Below are positions 37,040 through 48,539 of a DNA stretch of 64,000 nucleotides, piece by piece (positions within the stretch are counted from its first letter, which is position 1; every line of letters starts with the position of its first letter). The DNA comes from Octopus bimaculoides (taxonomy: Eukaryota): contig NC_068981.1 in NCBI RefSeq assembly GCF_001194135.2, positions 156,426,101 through 156,490,100 of the forward strand, written 5' to 3'. A program made the position numbers and the translations under genes. Under the pieces are notes generated by a model, which was not told the DNA's origin, searched no databases, and saw only the letters and a program-made list of their open reading frames with translations.

Positions 37040-37554
37040 ACATGTTATAAATCATGCATATTATATATACATGTATTATATAAATACACACACACACACA
37101 TTATATATATATGTATGTATGACACACACATATAAACACATTCATATACACATACACTTATTTACATATCGTTTCTGTTTATTTCGTGATGCTATATATC
37201 TCAATATAAAAATGTCTTGTTAGAAATGGTGTTCACCCCAGGTCAAGCTGATCGGGTAGACCTATGATCAAAAGGAGCATTCTAATGCTGAATGCCCCAC
37301 TGTTTGCGAGCTATCTAAGACTACCACAATCTAATATGTCCTTCCTTGTTTTATGATGTTTGGATGGGGGTGGGGTGAGGGGATTTCATCGCCTTTTCCA
37401 GCAGTTCGATCGTTACTCAGAGACGCCTTCGTTGGCTCGTACATACTAAAGGTAAACACACTATGTACATACATATTCGGATCTTAGTGTTTCCTTATAG
37501 TCGACTTTATGGTGGAATATAATTCATTAACGAGTTAAGAAGAGACATTTCTCC

Positions 37555-37620
37555 ATGATCCACTGATGAATTCAATCGACTATAAGATCGATCGCACGAA
37601 ATCTTTAGATCTGAATACAT
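37555..37620 (+). ncRNA. Degenerate type I hammerhead ribozyme
   Basis: ATCCA CTGATGA(37563-37569) [stem II ATCGA-CTATAAGA-TCGAT inside a mismatched outer stem] GAAA(37598-37601) TC-TTTA-GAT C TGAAT; AUC triplet. Confidence 0.55.
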
Positions 37621-38165
37621 TCCTGTTGATTTTTTTTAGGGTGGGATCAGCTGTACCTGACGAGACCCAGAATCGAAAGTGTTCCAGCAACGACCATCCT
37701 ATCAATTTTCAAATATTGTGTACCTTGGTTACATTGTCCAATGTGCGCTTCTTTAATGACTACATTGTGATTTTAGGAAATTTGGAGTCTATTTCTAGCA
37801 GGTCTATTGACCTCGTACTGGCTCTCCCGTTGGCTTTATCTCACATATGACCAATGCACATGCACACAAACATACACATACACACATATATGTAGGCATA
37901 TTTTCCACCTAGCAAGGGGCAAGTAATTCCTTCAAATTTTAAAACTGATATTGTTTACATTTATAATAGAACTTTCCACACACACACACACACATATAGA
38001 TAGATAGATAGATAGATATCCATTCACATACATATCCGTTTCGGTCGATTTTGTGTTTCATATAATGTCAATATTGACCACATTTTAAACTAAAATTTGA
38101 GGCTCAATTTTTATTTTATGAGGGCAATTTATTATACACATAACTTTATACACACACAGACACAC

Positions 38166-38207
<42 letters not shown>

Positions 38208-39023
38208 GTATGCGAGCGTGCCCGCAAAGGAAGACAAGAATTGTTTGTGTTTTTATAAATGGCCAACAGGAAATAAAACCAAAAGTAAAAGAGCAACAGC
38301 TTTCAGTTTTAAAATGCAGTCGACATTGACATTATATAAAAACAGAATCGACCTAAGCGGCTATGTAGAGCTTTTGACATTTCTCAAGACAGAAAGAATA
38401 TCAAAAGCTAATGAATGTAAATGGCAACAGAATACGGAAATATATAAACGATATAGCATCAGGAAAAATTAAAATTAATTTATAGAAAAGGTTTCAGAAA
38501 TTAATGCTAAAATATATATACTTATATATTAATTTAATACCTAAATATATACAAACAGAAAATAGGAATAAATCTATTAGAAAATGGCACTAACGGTACT
38601 TCATAAGATAAAAGATTAGATATTGTGCTTTGATTTCGATGACTACATATGTATGCATGTTTGTGCGTGTTGTTTGCGTAAATATGCATACAATGAAATA
38701 AATATAAACGTATGTCAGCTCAGAGATTCCTCATGAAGCAACAACTTGTGTTTGTAGTTATGTACACAGGAGAATTAGTTGTCTGTTTGTTCATTGGGCT
38801 CTCGTAAAAAACATTTGTTACTGAAATAGAAATTGTAATGCAAAATCAAATATAGTCCACAGCAATAAGGGATGAGTATGCTCTAAAAGTGCACATGAAA
38901 TATTGTGAGGCGAGAAAATAATAGCACCATGTAAACAATAGAGGAGAGACAGTATCAAAATACATATACAGATAAAGAAACAAATGAGAATTGAAAAGTA
39001 CTAACGAGGTATATATAATTTAC

Positions 39024-39286
39024 CGTTCAGGAGATGAAAAAGATAATAATTATCGTAGTAAATGTTGGTGATAATAATAATACCAAACGCTGATGAGATT
39101 TGCGAAGAGGGAGCTTATCAAACAGATTGTAATCAGTGGCGAAACAACACTACCCTCTGACTCTCGCTTTCTCTCTCTCTAATGACAAATCATCAATGGA
39201 GCCACGTCAGGTTATTTTTTTATTATCTGGAAGCCCGTATGTAGGCCAGAATCACTCCGGCTCGAGATCCTGCAGTATTTGTAAGT
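39024..39286. promoter_or_regulatory. Candidate bidirectional promoter with divergent first exons
   Basis: Minus-strand donor CG|GTAAAT at 39024; plus-strand donor TTT|GTAAGT at 39280/39281; CpG-retaining unique sequence; CCACGTCA (CRE-like) motif; A-rich to T-rich strand asymmetry switches across the site. Confidence 0.45.
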
Positions 39287-39894
39287 TATAATCTGAAATA
39301 AATACATAAACTTTTTGTTTGACTATTCTACTTATTGCAACAGCATTTTCGGTACACATGCTGATTTCATAATACTATTTTTCTTTTCTTTTTTTTTCTT
39401 TTTTGTTATTTGTAATTATGATTTACTTAAGAAAAAATACTTCAGCAAAAACAGTAAGGAAAACAGAAAAGAAAAACATCATTACAACGTTAATCATACT
39501 TTCGTGTCTTTTTATTAGTTTTTATCCCTGGTTTCACTGAAATATGACATTTTCACCTATATTCAACTATAGTTGATAACAGGCCAAAGACACAAACTAA
39601 AAGTGACTCAAGTACCGTTGGCTTTGTGCTTGGTTCTTAACAAAGTTTTAAAAGTACTATACACGAAACTCTCGGCCCTTGAGACCCTTTTTCAATTTTC
39701 TGCCGATTAAAAATAAAGACGCATGCTCTCTCTTTCTCTCTCTCTCTCTCTCTCACACTCTCTCACACACACACACATATACATCTATATATAATGTTTT
39801 AGTATATAAAAATGTTTGTATATATATATGTGTGTGTGTGTATAGATAAAACAATTAAAGACATGAAGACAGGGAAAGCCCCCAGCCCATCAGG

Positions 39895-40880
39895 ATGCTT
39901 AAATGTTCAGAGAGCTGTTACTTCTGCTGGTAACGAAGGGCCTCTCCCTCAGAGTGAAAATCAGACTGTATGATGCCTGTGTGCGAACAGCTATGCTACA
40001 CGGCAGTGAAACATGGGCTGTGACAGTAGAGGACATATGTAAGCTTGAAAGAAATGAAACTAGCATGGTTTGCTGGATGCGCAATGTCAGTGTGCATGTA
40101 CAATAGAGTGTAAGCATTTTGAGAGAGAAAATGGGCATAAGAGGCATCAGATGTGGTGTGCAAGAGAGACGACTGCATTGGTATGGTCTTGTGATGCATA
40201 TGGACGAGGACAGCTGTGTAAAGAAGAGCCAATCTCTAACTGTGGAGGGAACCTGTGGTAGAGGTAGACCCAGGAAGACATGGGACAAGGTGGTGAAGCA
40301 TGATCTTTGAATTTTGGGCCTCACAGTGGCAATGGTTAGTGACTGAGACTTTTTGCCATATGCCATGCTTGAGAAAACCCCTCAAGTCAAGTGAAATCGT
40401 AATCATAACCAATACTGGGGTCATATAACTGGCACCCATGCTGGTGGCATGTAAAAAGTACCTTTCAATCATTAGGCCTCATGAAGACAATGACAAATGA
40501 CTGAAACCTTTGGTATTATGCCAAGAAAACTCATCAAGCCAAGCAAAATTGTAGTTGTGGAAGATACTGGCATCTGTACTGGTGGCACATAAAAAACACC
40601 TGAGCATTGGGCTTCACGGAGGCAATGTGGCTGATGCCAGTGGCATGTAAAATGCACCTTTTGAACGTTGAGTCTCATGGAGGCAATGAAAAATTATGCC
40701 ATGCTCAAGAAGAAGAAGAGCCATCAAACCAAGTGAAATTGTAGTTGTGGAAGATACTAGTGTCATGCTACTGGTACCCATGCTGGTGGCACTTAAAAGC
40801 ACCCATTACACTCTTGGAGTGGTTGGCATTAGGAAGGGCATCCAACCATTGAAACCATGCCAAATCAGGAAGTACATATA
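39895..40880 (+). mobile_element. RTE LINE 3' portion with modular 3'UTR
   Basis: FRELLLLLVTKGLSLRVKIRLYDACVRTAMLHGSETW ... RGRPRKTWDKVVKHDL. Confidence 0.88.
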
Positions 40881-41127
40881 ATACTGCTACTGGATAGCAC
40901 AGGGTAAATTGAAGGTGGATGAGCTTTATACTGTACTCTACTATGTTCTTAACAGAATATACCATAACTACATATATATATGTTAATTCTCTAAATGTGT
41001 CCTGGCAAACAGGACACAGTAATGTGTCGATAAGCCAGCTGGAGGAGATGTCCTCCTGGGGCTAAAAGCAACAGTAACATCCACCCCTAGGGGTCAGCCA
41101 CACTTAAGTGGCAATATACTACACTAC

Positions 41128-41174
<47 letters not shown>

Positions 41175-41249
41175 ATAAATAAATATATATATATAGAGAG
41201 AGAGAGAGAGAATAAATATATATATAGAGAGAGAGAGAGAACTTTTATA

Positions 41250-42558
41250 AACTTAAACTTAAACCCTTTGAGGATGTCATCTTCGAGGTTAGGTGGATGA
41301 GCAGGTGCATTGTCCAGGATGAGAAGAGCTTGCAGCGGCAGGTTATTTTCCTGGAGATATTTCTTAATGTCAGGACCAAAGACGAAGTTCACCCACTCCA
41401 CAAAGAACTGCCTGTGACCCACGCCCTTGGATTTGCCTTCCACATAACCTGCAGTTTTCCTTTCAGAATCTTATGTGACTTAGTCTCTGGGGTTTTCTGA
41501 ATGATTAATGAGCAACAGCTTAATCTTGCAGTTGCCGCTTACATTGGCACACAGTGCAAGGGTTAGCTTATCCATCATGGGTTTGTGGCCTAGCATCCTC
41601 TTCTCCTCTGCCATTATATAAGTCCTCCTTGGCATCTTCTTCCCAGAAAGTCTTGTCTCATTACAGTTGAAGACTTGCTGGGGGATGTATCCTTTGGCTG
41701 CTATAATTCCGGCAAAAGTTTTGAGGTAATCCTCAGCTGCCTTCATATCCACTCTCTCTGTTTCACTATACCTGACAAGGGGGTGAATGCTGGGCCTCTT
41801 TTTAAAATTCTCAAACCAGCCCCAACTAGCTTTAAATGGCTAACCTGATACCCTGTCCGTACAAGTGCCGGGAGTCTGCTACAGCAAATCAGCATAAATA
41901 GCTCGTGCCTTCTTGCAGATTACAGCCTCTGTCACAGTATCTCTTGCAAGCTGTTTCTCTGTCTACCACACTATCAGCAGCTTTTCCATATTTTCATGGA
42001 TAGATGTCTGCTGTCTACAAATTATCTTAATGCCTTTGGCTGGTGTTATAGCCTTTATTGACTCCTTCTGCTTCAGGATGGTGCAGATCATAGAAGTGCT
42101 ATACTTGTACAACTTTGCCATGTTGACTACATGCACACCTTGGTCATGTTTTTTGATAGTCAAATTCAATGCACATCATCCACTTCTTTTTCTCACCACT
42201 GTCCTTCGCACTCACTTTCTTTAGATCCATGGTTGGAAAAATGAAGTTTTGCAAAGTAACTGCAAGCACTATTGTGAGCACAACACTGATGCTTCTGTAG
42301 CCTGCGACTACTAAGTAAGCATTTTACCACCCGTCTAGCTAATGATCCACTAACGATCTTCACACTTGCTAACGCACATGTCTATCTAGCTATCCATCTA
42401 CTAATGATCTTCGCACTTGCTAACGTGCATATCTGTCTAGCCATCAAGTGAGACGGATGTTACGACATTCACTGTGGCATTCACTATGCCAACTAGTGGT
42501 AGGGTATCATATCTTGAAAAACTCGTTAGTTGGAACACTCATAAGTCAAGATACCACA
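41250..42558 (-). mobile_element. Tigger/pogo-family transposon remnant
   Basis: CENP-B-like HTH (..YKYSTSMICTILKQKESIK..MEKLLIVW), QQVFNCNET..KKMPRRTYI..GHKPMMDKLTL..CAN, and LLILDNAPAHP; terminus resembles CAGTGGTACCTCG next to TA. Confidence 0.88.
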
Positions 42559-42568
42559 GTATGTGTGC

Positions 42569-42608
<40 letters not shown>

Positions 42609-42629
42609 TTATATATGTGTGTGTATATA

Positions 42630-43492
42630 TACAAGATTTGATCAATAAGTATCCTGACTGGTGCTGTAAAAGCAAACATACAACTTCTACCAATTTTGCA
42701 TTTAGTCCCCTTCAGAAGCCACAAACTTAATCCAGCATTGTTTCCATTGATGGAAGCATTCCTGGAACTTGTTTTCTGGGATAATCAGCAGCTGCCTCGT
42801 CGCATTAAACTTTATTTCCTTGAAGTCCTGAAATCTTCTTCCTTTCAAGCAGGATTTGATTTTTGGAAAGGGGAAAAAGTTGGAAGGGGTGAAATCTGAG
42901 GAGTACAGTAGCAGTTAGATCTGAGGAATGCTGTGCCTAGCCAAAAACTGCTGCACAAGCTGTGTAGCATTGGCAGGTGCTTCATCAGCTGAAAGCAGTT
43001 TTGGTACAAACTTGGCAGACACGTGTCTCATAACCAAATCTTCAGTGATAATGGACTGAGCTAATCTGCACGTCCTCTGATAACTTACAGATGATGATTC
43101 AACGATTTGTCCTCACAGCTGCACACACATCTGTGATGTTTTTCTCAGTTCTGTTGGTTGTAGGTCTCCCAGAACGTTCGTCACTATCGACATTTTTTCG
43201 GCTCATACACTTCTCTCCATACATTTTCTGCAACCTTGCATAGGCCTTCTGAGCAGGTACTGCCAAGCTTTTGGCAAAATTTGAGGCAGATTCATGGTCA
43301 ATGTGATGATCACACACTACACGCGTTCCTTCCAAGCGCTGCTGTAAACTGTAGAAGTGAGCTAGACCATTAAAACTTAGTGTGCATGCACAGCAGAGTT
43401 CAAGGTCAATCTGTGCCAAGTGGCTTCACTCAGTGTGCTTTAACTTCGTTATTATGGCAACAGTGCAGATACTTATTGATCAAACTACATAC
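42630..43492 (-). mobile_element. Deleted mariner (DD34D-type) element
   Basis: TIR cores GATTTGATCAATAAGTATC / GATACTTATTGATCAAACT; DSDERSGRPTT and YSSDFTPSNFFPFPKIK..LKGRRF (cf. YSPDLAPSDF). Confidence 0.85.
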
Positions 43493-44040
43493 CTATATGA
43501 ACCAAACTTCACAAGAAACTATATGTAGATGTTATAATGTTAGTAATCAGGTCACAAAAAGCACCTAAGAATCAATGTTCCAGTGAAATGAACAGTCTTT
43601 GTGTGTTTTTAAATGGCTTATACATGTCTTTCACACAGCAATTGTTTTAGTTTCAACACAGTTTCACATCAGATCATTTCTCTGCTCAAATACACCTCCA
43701 GTATGTGTGTGTGTGTTGTAGTTCAGCTGTTAAATTTAATGATGACCTGATTGCTAAAATAAACAATAAATAAACAAATTAAACATTTAGAAAAAGAAAG
43801 AAAGCACAAGAGGAAGATGCCTAAAGTTTTCATGTTTGCAATGAAACCAGAGAATTAAGCCATTCTTATCTGTAATGCCCTTTCTGTGTACTTGAAACAG
43901 TGGAAGTGATAGTATTTTGTTGTGAAACTCAGATCACCAGAATTAAGAGTATTGCTCTAGATTCCAAAGGCTTGAGACCTTGTATAAATTTTCTTAATTA
44001 CTTGATTAAGACACTCACACATATATATATATATATATTT

Positions 44041-44071
<31 letters not shown>

Positions 44072-44630
44072 AAGAAAGAGAGAGAGAGAGAAAGAAAGAG
44101 AGAGAGAGAGAGAAGTTTGATAGTACAAAAGGAATAAGAAGAATTGAAATCATGTGTACATATATTTTTGTATTATCTTTAATCAGCAGAAGTTACAAAG
44201 TGATCCACTTTAAGTTGTTTTGTAAATTCTGATTAAAAATAGTAAAGATATAAATATCATTGTCAGCATCATCCTTATCATCTTTTAACATCCATCATGT
44301 TTGGTTGGTGTTGTTTGGATGGTTTGACAGGTTCTGGTATATCAGATGACTGTGTCTTGCTTCAATGTCTGCTTTGGCATGGTTTCTATAGATGGATGCC
44401 ATAATGCCAACCACTTTACAGAACTGCTATATAATATTTGCCTCTCATTCTGCATCTCTACCACACATTTGTATACTTTGTTGGCTTGCATGTAGTGTCC
44501 CTTTAGGGAGTATTCCAAAAGAATTCTACAGCTACATTTCATAGGTGAGAGACCAGAGTTGTAAGGTCAGTTTGTTGTGCTAATCACAGTAAAGATCTTT
44601 AGAGTACCAAGCTGATTGGTTACTCTAGAA

Positions 44631-44717
44631 CAGTGGTACCCAACCAGAGCTCCACCGATCCCTGGCGGTCCGCAAAGGTAGAACTGGGGGTCCATGAACT
44701 GAATTTAAAATTTCATG

Positions 44718-44771
<54 letters not shown>

Positions 44772-44836
44772 AGGATAAGTATATTAAAAGGGGTCCATGG
44801 AAAAACTCATTCAAATAAAAGGGTTGGGAACCACTG
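44631..44836. mobile_element. hAT-type MITE containing (CA)n
   Basis: TIRs CAGTGGTACCCAACC / GGTTGGGAACCACTG; TSD CTCTAGAA / CTCTTGAA (7/8). Confidence 0.87.
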
Positions 44837-45039
44837 CTCTTGAATGACATGCATCAGTGATGTTATTTATATGCCTCCTTCACCTATTTCCTTCCCATTT
44901 CTTGACCAGTGGCATTACTGCCCTGGATCTTATTGAAGTGAGCTCCACTGTATACACAATTGCAAGAGAGATCTCTTCTTTGGATACCTTTAGAACTGCT
45001 TACTTCCATCCCTGAGGTGGTTCAGTGTTTGGCTTGCGA

Positions 45040-45385
45040 AGACCTGTTGGGGCAAGCAAAAGCGAAATCGTGATGGCACCTGTGCCCAGTGTCGCCTTCC
45101 TGGCACGTGTAAAGACATTTGAGCGAGATCGTTGCCAGTGCCGCTGGACTGGCTCCTGTGCAGGTGGCACGTAAAAAACACCATTTTGAGCGTGGCCATT
45201 GCCAGTACCACCTGACTGGCCTTCATGCCAGTGGCACGTAAAAGCACCCACTACACTCTCGTTGTGGTTGGTGTTAGGAAGGGCATCCAGCTGTAGAAAC
45301 TCTGCCAAATCAGATTGGAACCTGGTGTAGCCATCTGGTTCACCAGTCTTCAGTCAAATCGTCCTATCCACAATGATGATGATGA
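45040..45385 (+). mobile_element. RTE 3'UTR-derived retroposon copy
   Basis: Matches 95-345 and the reverse complement of 22326-22640. Confidence 0.85.
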
Positions 45386-45904
45386 ATGCTGGCCATGTTT
45401 GGTGTAGTGGAGGTGCATGGTTTAGTGGTTAGGGTGTTGGACTCATAATTGTAAGATTGTGGTTTCAGTTCCTAGATGAACAATGCATTATATTCTTAAA
45501 CAAAACACTTCATTTCACATTGCTCAAGTTCTCTCAGCTGGCAAATGTAAGTATTCCTGTAACAGACTGGTATCCTGCCCAGAGGGGAGTATATATGCCA
45601 TGAGTCTATATGACTCAGGAAGGAGCTTTATCCTTTAGCCTTATGTTTGGTGTGGTGGAGTATGACAACTTAACCATATTTCTAATAAAAATGTCATGGT
45701 ACCTATGTTACCAACATGCCTACCTACAATGTGCATGACGGTTACCTTACTTGGCAACAGAGGAATGATGGTGACAGAAAGACCATCCAGCCATTGAAAA
45801 ATCTGCCTCAGTGAATTTCAACAAACTAATGGCAAGCATAGAAAACTGGATGTCAAAATGGAGTTGTGCACATGTGTATGTGTGTGTGTGTGTGATAAGG
45901 AGGG

Positions 45905-45945
<41 letters not shown>

Positions 45946-46151
45946 ACATACATACATACATACATAAATACATGCATGCGTGCATATGCTTACATACACT
46001 TATATTGTTGATCACATGTTTACAAGACATGTAGGTTCAACTCCCGCAAACAGTCTTCAATCTTTTTTATCCCAAAGGGTTTTTAAACCCAATGTTTACC
46101 TGTTATTATTTATAGCTTTATATATAATTTGAGAACCAATTCCAAAATAGT

Positions 46152-46216
<65 letters not shown>

Positions 46217-46537
46217 AAACACACAAACACACATTAGGTGTGACAGAAGGATTCTCAAGATTATTTGTACCAATTTTGTTTTTAAAAACAGATTTTCTTT
46301 GATGAGCTGTGCAATGTTTTCTAAATTCATACAAATAACCTCAAAAAGCTGATGCAATCTGTATTTACATATGCATACATACATATAGGCATGTATGTAT
46401 GTATGGATGCATGCATGCATGCATGTATATATGTATGTATGCATGCATGTATGTGTGCCTATATAAAAGTGTGTCTGAGCATATACATATATATATATAT
46501 GTATGCATGTATATATATATGTGCATGTGTGTGTATG

Positions 46538-46572
<35 letters not shown>

Positions 46573-47306
46573 NNNNNNNNNNNNNNNNNNNNNNNNNNNN
46601 NNNNNNNNNNNNNNNNNNNNNNNNNNNNNNNNNNNNNNNNNNNNNNNNNNNNNNNNNNNNNNNNNNNNNNNNNNNNNNNNNNNNNNNNNNNNNNNNNNNN
46701 NNNNNNNNNNNNNNNNNNNNNNNNNNNNNNNNNNNNNNNNNNNNNNNNNNNNNNNNNNNNNNNNNNNNNNNNNNNNNNNNNNNNNNNNNNNNNNNNNNNN
46801 NNNNNNNNNNNNNNNNNNNNNNNNNNNNNNNNNNNNNNNNNNNNNNNNNNNNNNNNNNNNNNNNNNNNNNNNNNNNNNNNNNNNNNNNNNNNNNNNNNNN
46901 NNNNNNNNNNNNNNNNNNNNNNNNNNNNNNNNNNNNNNNNNNNNNNNNNNNNNNNNNNNNNNNNNNNNNNNNNNNNNNNNNNNNNNNNNNNNNNNNNNNN
47001 NNNNNNNNNNNNNNNNNNNNNNNNNNNNNNNNNNNNNNNNNNNNNNNNNNNNNNNNNNNNNNNNNNNNNNNNNNNNNNNNNNNNNNNNNNNNNNNNNNNN
47101 NNNNNNNNNNNNNNNNNNNNNNNNNNNNNNNNNNNNNNNNNNNNNNNNNNNNNNNNNNNNNNNNNNNNNNNNNNNNNNNNNNNNNNNNNNNNNNNNNNNN
47201 NNNNNNNNNNNNNNNNNNNNNNNNNNNNNNNNNNNNNNNNNNNNNNNNNNNNNNNNNNNNNNNNNNNNNNNNNNNNNNNNNNNNNNNNNNNNNNNNNNNN
47301 NNNNNN
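46573..47306. other. Assembly gap (N run); other gaps near 4470-4517, 8245-8770, 16051-16150, 24201-24255 and 33489-33498
   Basis: Runs of N, nearly all flanked by microsatellites. Confidence 0.99.
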
Positions 47307-47450
47307 GCGTTTAATCATATAATGATATAAATAATATACATATACATATGCATATATAGGGGAGAATGTACGAAAAAACAACAACAGATGAGGACAGGTG
47401 GTGTAAATAACAAAAGGATGTATTAGTATGACGCTCAGGAATACGGAAAG

Positions 47451-47487
47451 TCTTTGACGTTTCGAGCTACGCTCTTCAACAGAAAGA
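47451..47487 (-). ncRNA. Minimal Penelope-type hammerhead-like motif with a variant core
   Basis: Minus strand TCTTT CTGTTGA A GAGC-GTA-GCTC GAA AC GT C AAAGA: stem I 5 bp, stem II 4 bp, loopless palindromic stem III (ACGT), GUC triplet. Core has U at position 6 and an extra A after A9. Confidence 0.6.
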
Positions 47488-47579
47488 ATACGGAAACACG
47501 GAGAAAAAAAATTGAGAAAAAAAATTGAATAGTGTTCAGTCAACGGTCAATGATATACTTACGTCTATATGTATATATA

Positions 47580-48363
47580 TGTAGTGGATCTTGCATGCAT
47601 GAAGTAGATTCGATCAACCATAGCCAAATTTAAATTAACACTGCAACAGAACTTTTCCCACGGTGGAACAATGGCTTTTCTCTGACAGCAGTTTTACATT
47701 TTCCAGATGCCTTTAGCTAGGCCAATATAATGTCTTCACCACTTGACCCTTTCTTACCTCTTCTACTTCACCAAAAGCTAGAATAGAGATAACGAGACTA
47801 CCAACTGAATCTATTGTTCTCAATGATATGTCTATCCTTCTAGATAGTTATAAAAGCAAGAAAACACCAAGAAAAATTCAGTTCAGTCACCAGTCAGTGA
47901 CGACTCAACCAGTTCAGTCACCAGTCAGTGACGACTCAATGAGTTCAGTCACATGATGATGGCTCAATGAGAACGAAGTCTGGCTGACCAGCTAGAACCT
48001 TGGCCAGAGGGAGAAATGAAGTTTACTGTCAGTAACTGTGAGACAACGTCCCACACTCTACAACTCTCACTAGCTCTAATTCTGTTCTCTTACAACATCA
48101 TTCTATCTCTCTCTGTAATTACTACTAAACAATGAAGAGGACACAAACACAAACTTCACTTCGCATGCTTTTGGATTTATCATAACCTGCTCGTCGAGGC
48201 AAGGTATTGTAATGTAACGATAAATAAATACTTTCTTAAAACTTCATGCATTGCTCCTCTTTCGCATCCTGCAACATGCCGTTATAACAACAAAGTTTTA
48301 TCGGCACAACTGCTGACACCGACAAATCATAATATCATTTACTAATTAATATCTCCCATTATA
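47580..48363 (+). mobile_element. LTR (~784 bp) inserted in a TA-rich tract
   Basis: Inverted termini TGTAGTGG...CCATTATA; TATAAAAG at ~47850; AATAAA at ~48224; internal 31-bp duplication at 47880-47940; followed by a PBS. Confidence 0.78.
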
Positions 48364-48365
48364 AT

Positions 48366-48505
48366 TGGTGACCCTCGACTTCTATGCAAATTATTATCAT
48401 TACAACTAAAAACTTTATCGTTACAAACTGGCAATCATGATGTTGCACCATAACATGCATCGCTACAACTAAAAACAATAACCGTTACAATTGGTGACCC
48501 TCGAC
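48366..48505 (+). repeat. 63-bp-period array of tRNA-Trp PBS plus LTR-end units
   Basis: TGG starts at 48366, 48429 and 48492; units 1 and 2 share TACAACTAAAAAC at offset 35 and end in CGTTACAA. Confidence 0.85.
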
Positions 48506-48539
48506 AACAATTAAAATCCAACCATTACACATATATGCA

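Noticed and set aside
39087-39110. CTGATGAG...CGAAG motif
   Set aside because: It has GAAG instead of GAAA and no stems.
45400-45480. tRNA-like sequence (also the heads of other SINE copies)
   Set aside because: Degenerate SINE heads continuing into SINE bodies; no complete cloverleaf.
47880-48505. Repeat-spacer-like appearance suggesting a CRISPR array
   Set aside because: Eukaryotic LTR context, related rather than unique spacers, and no cas genes.
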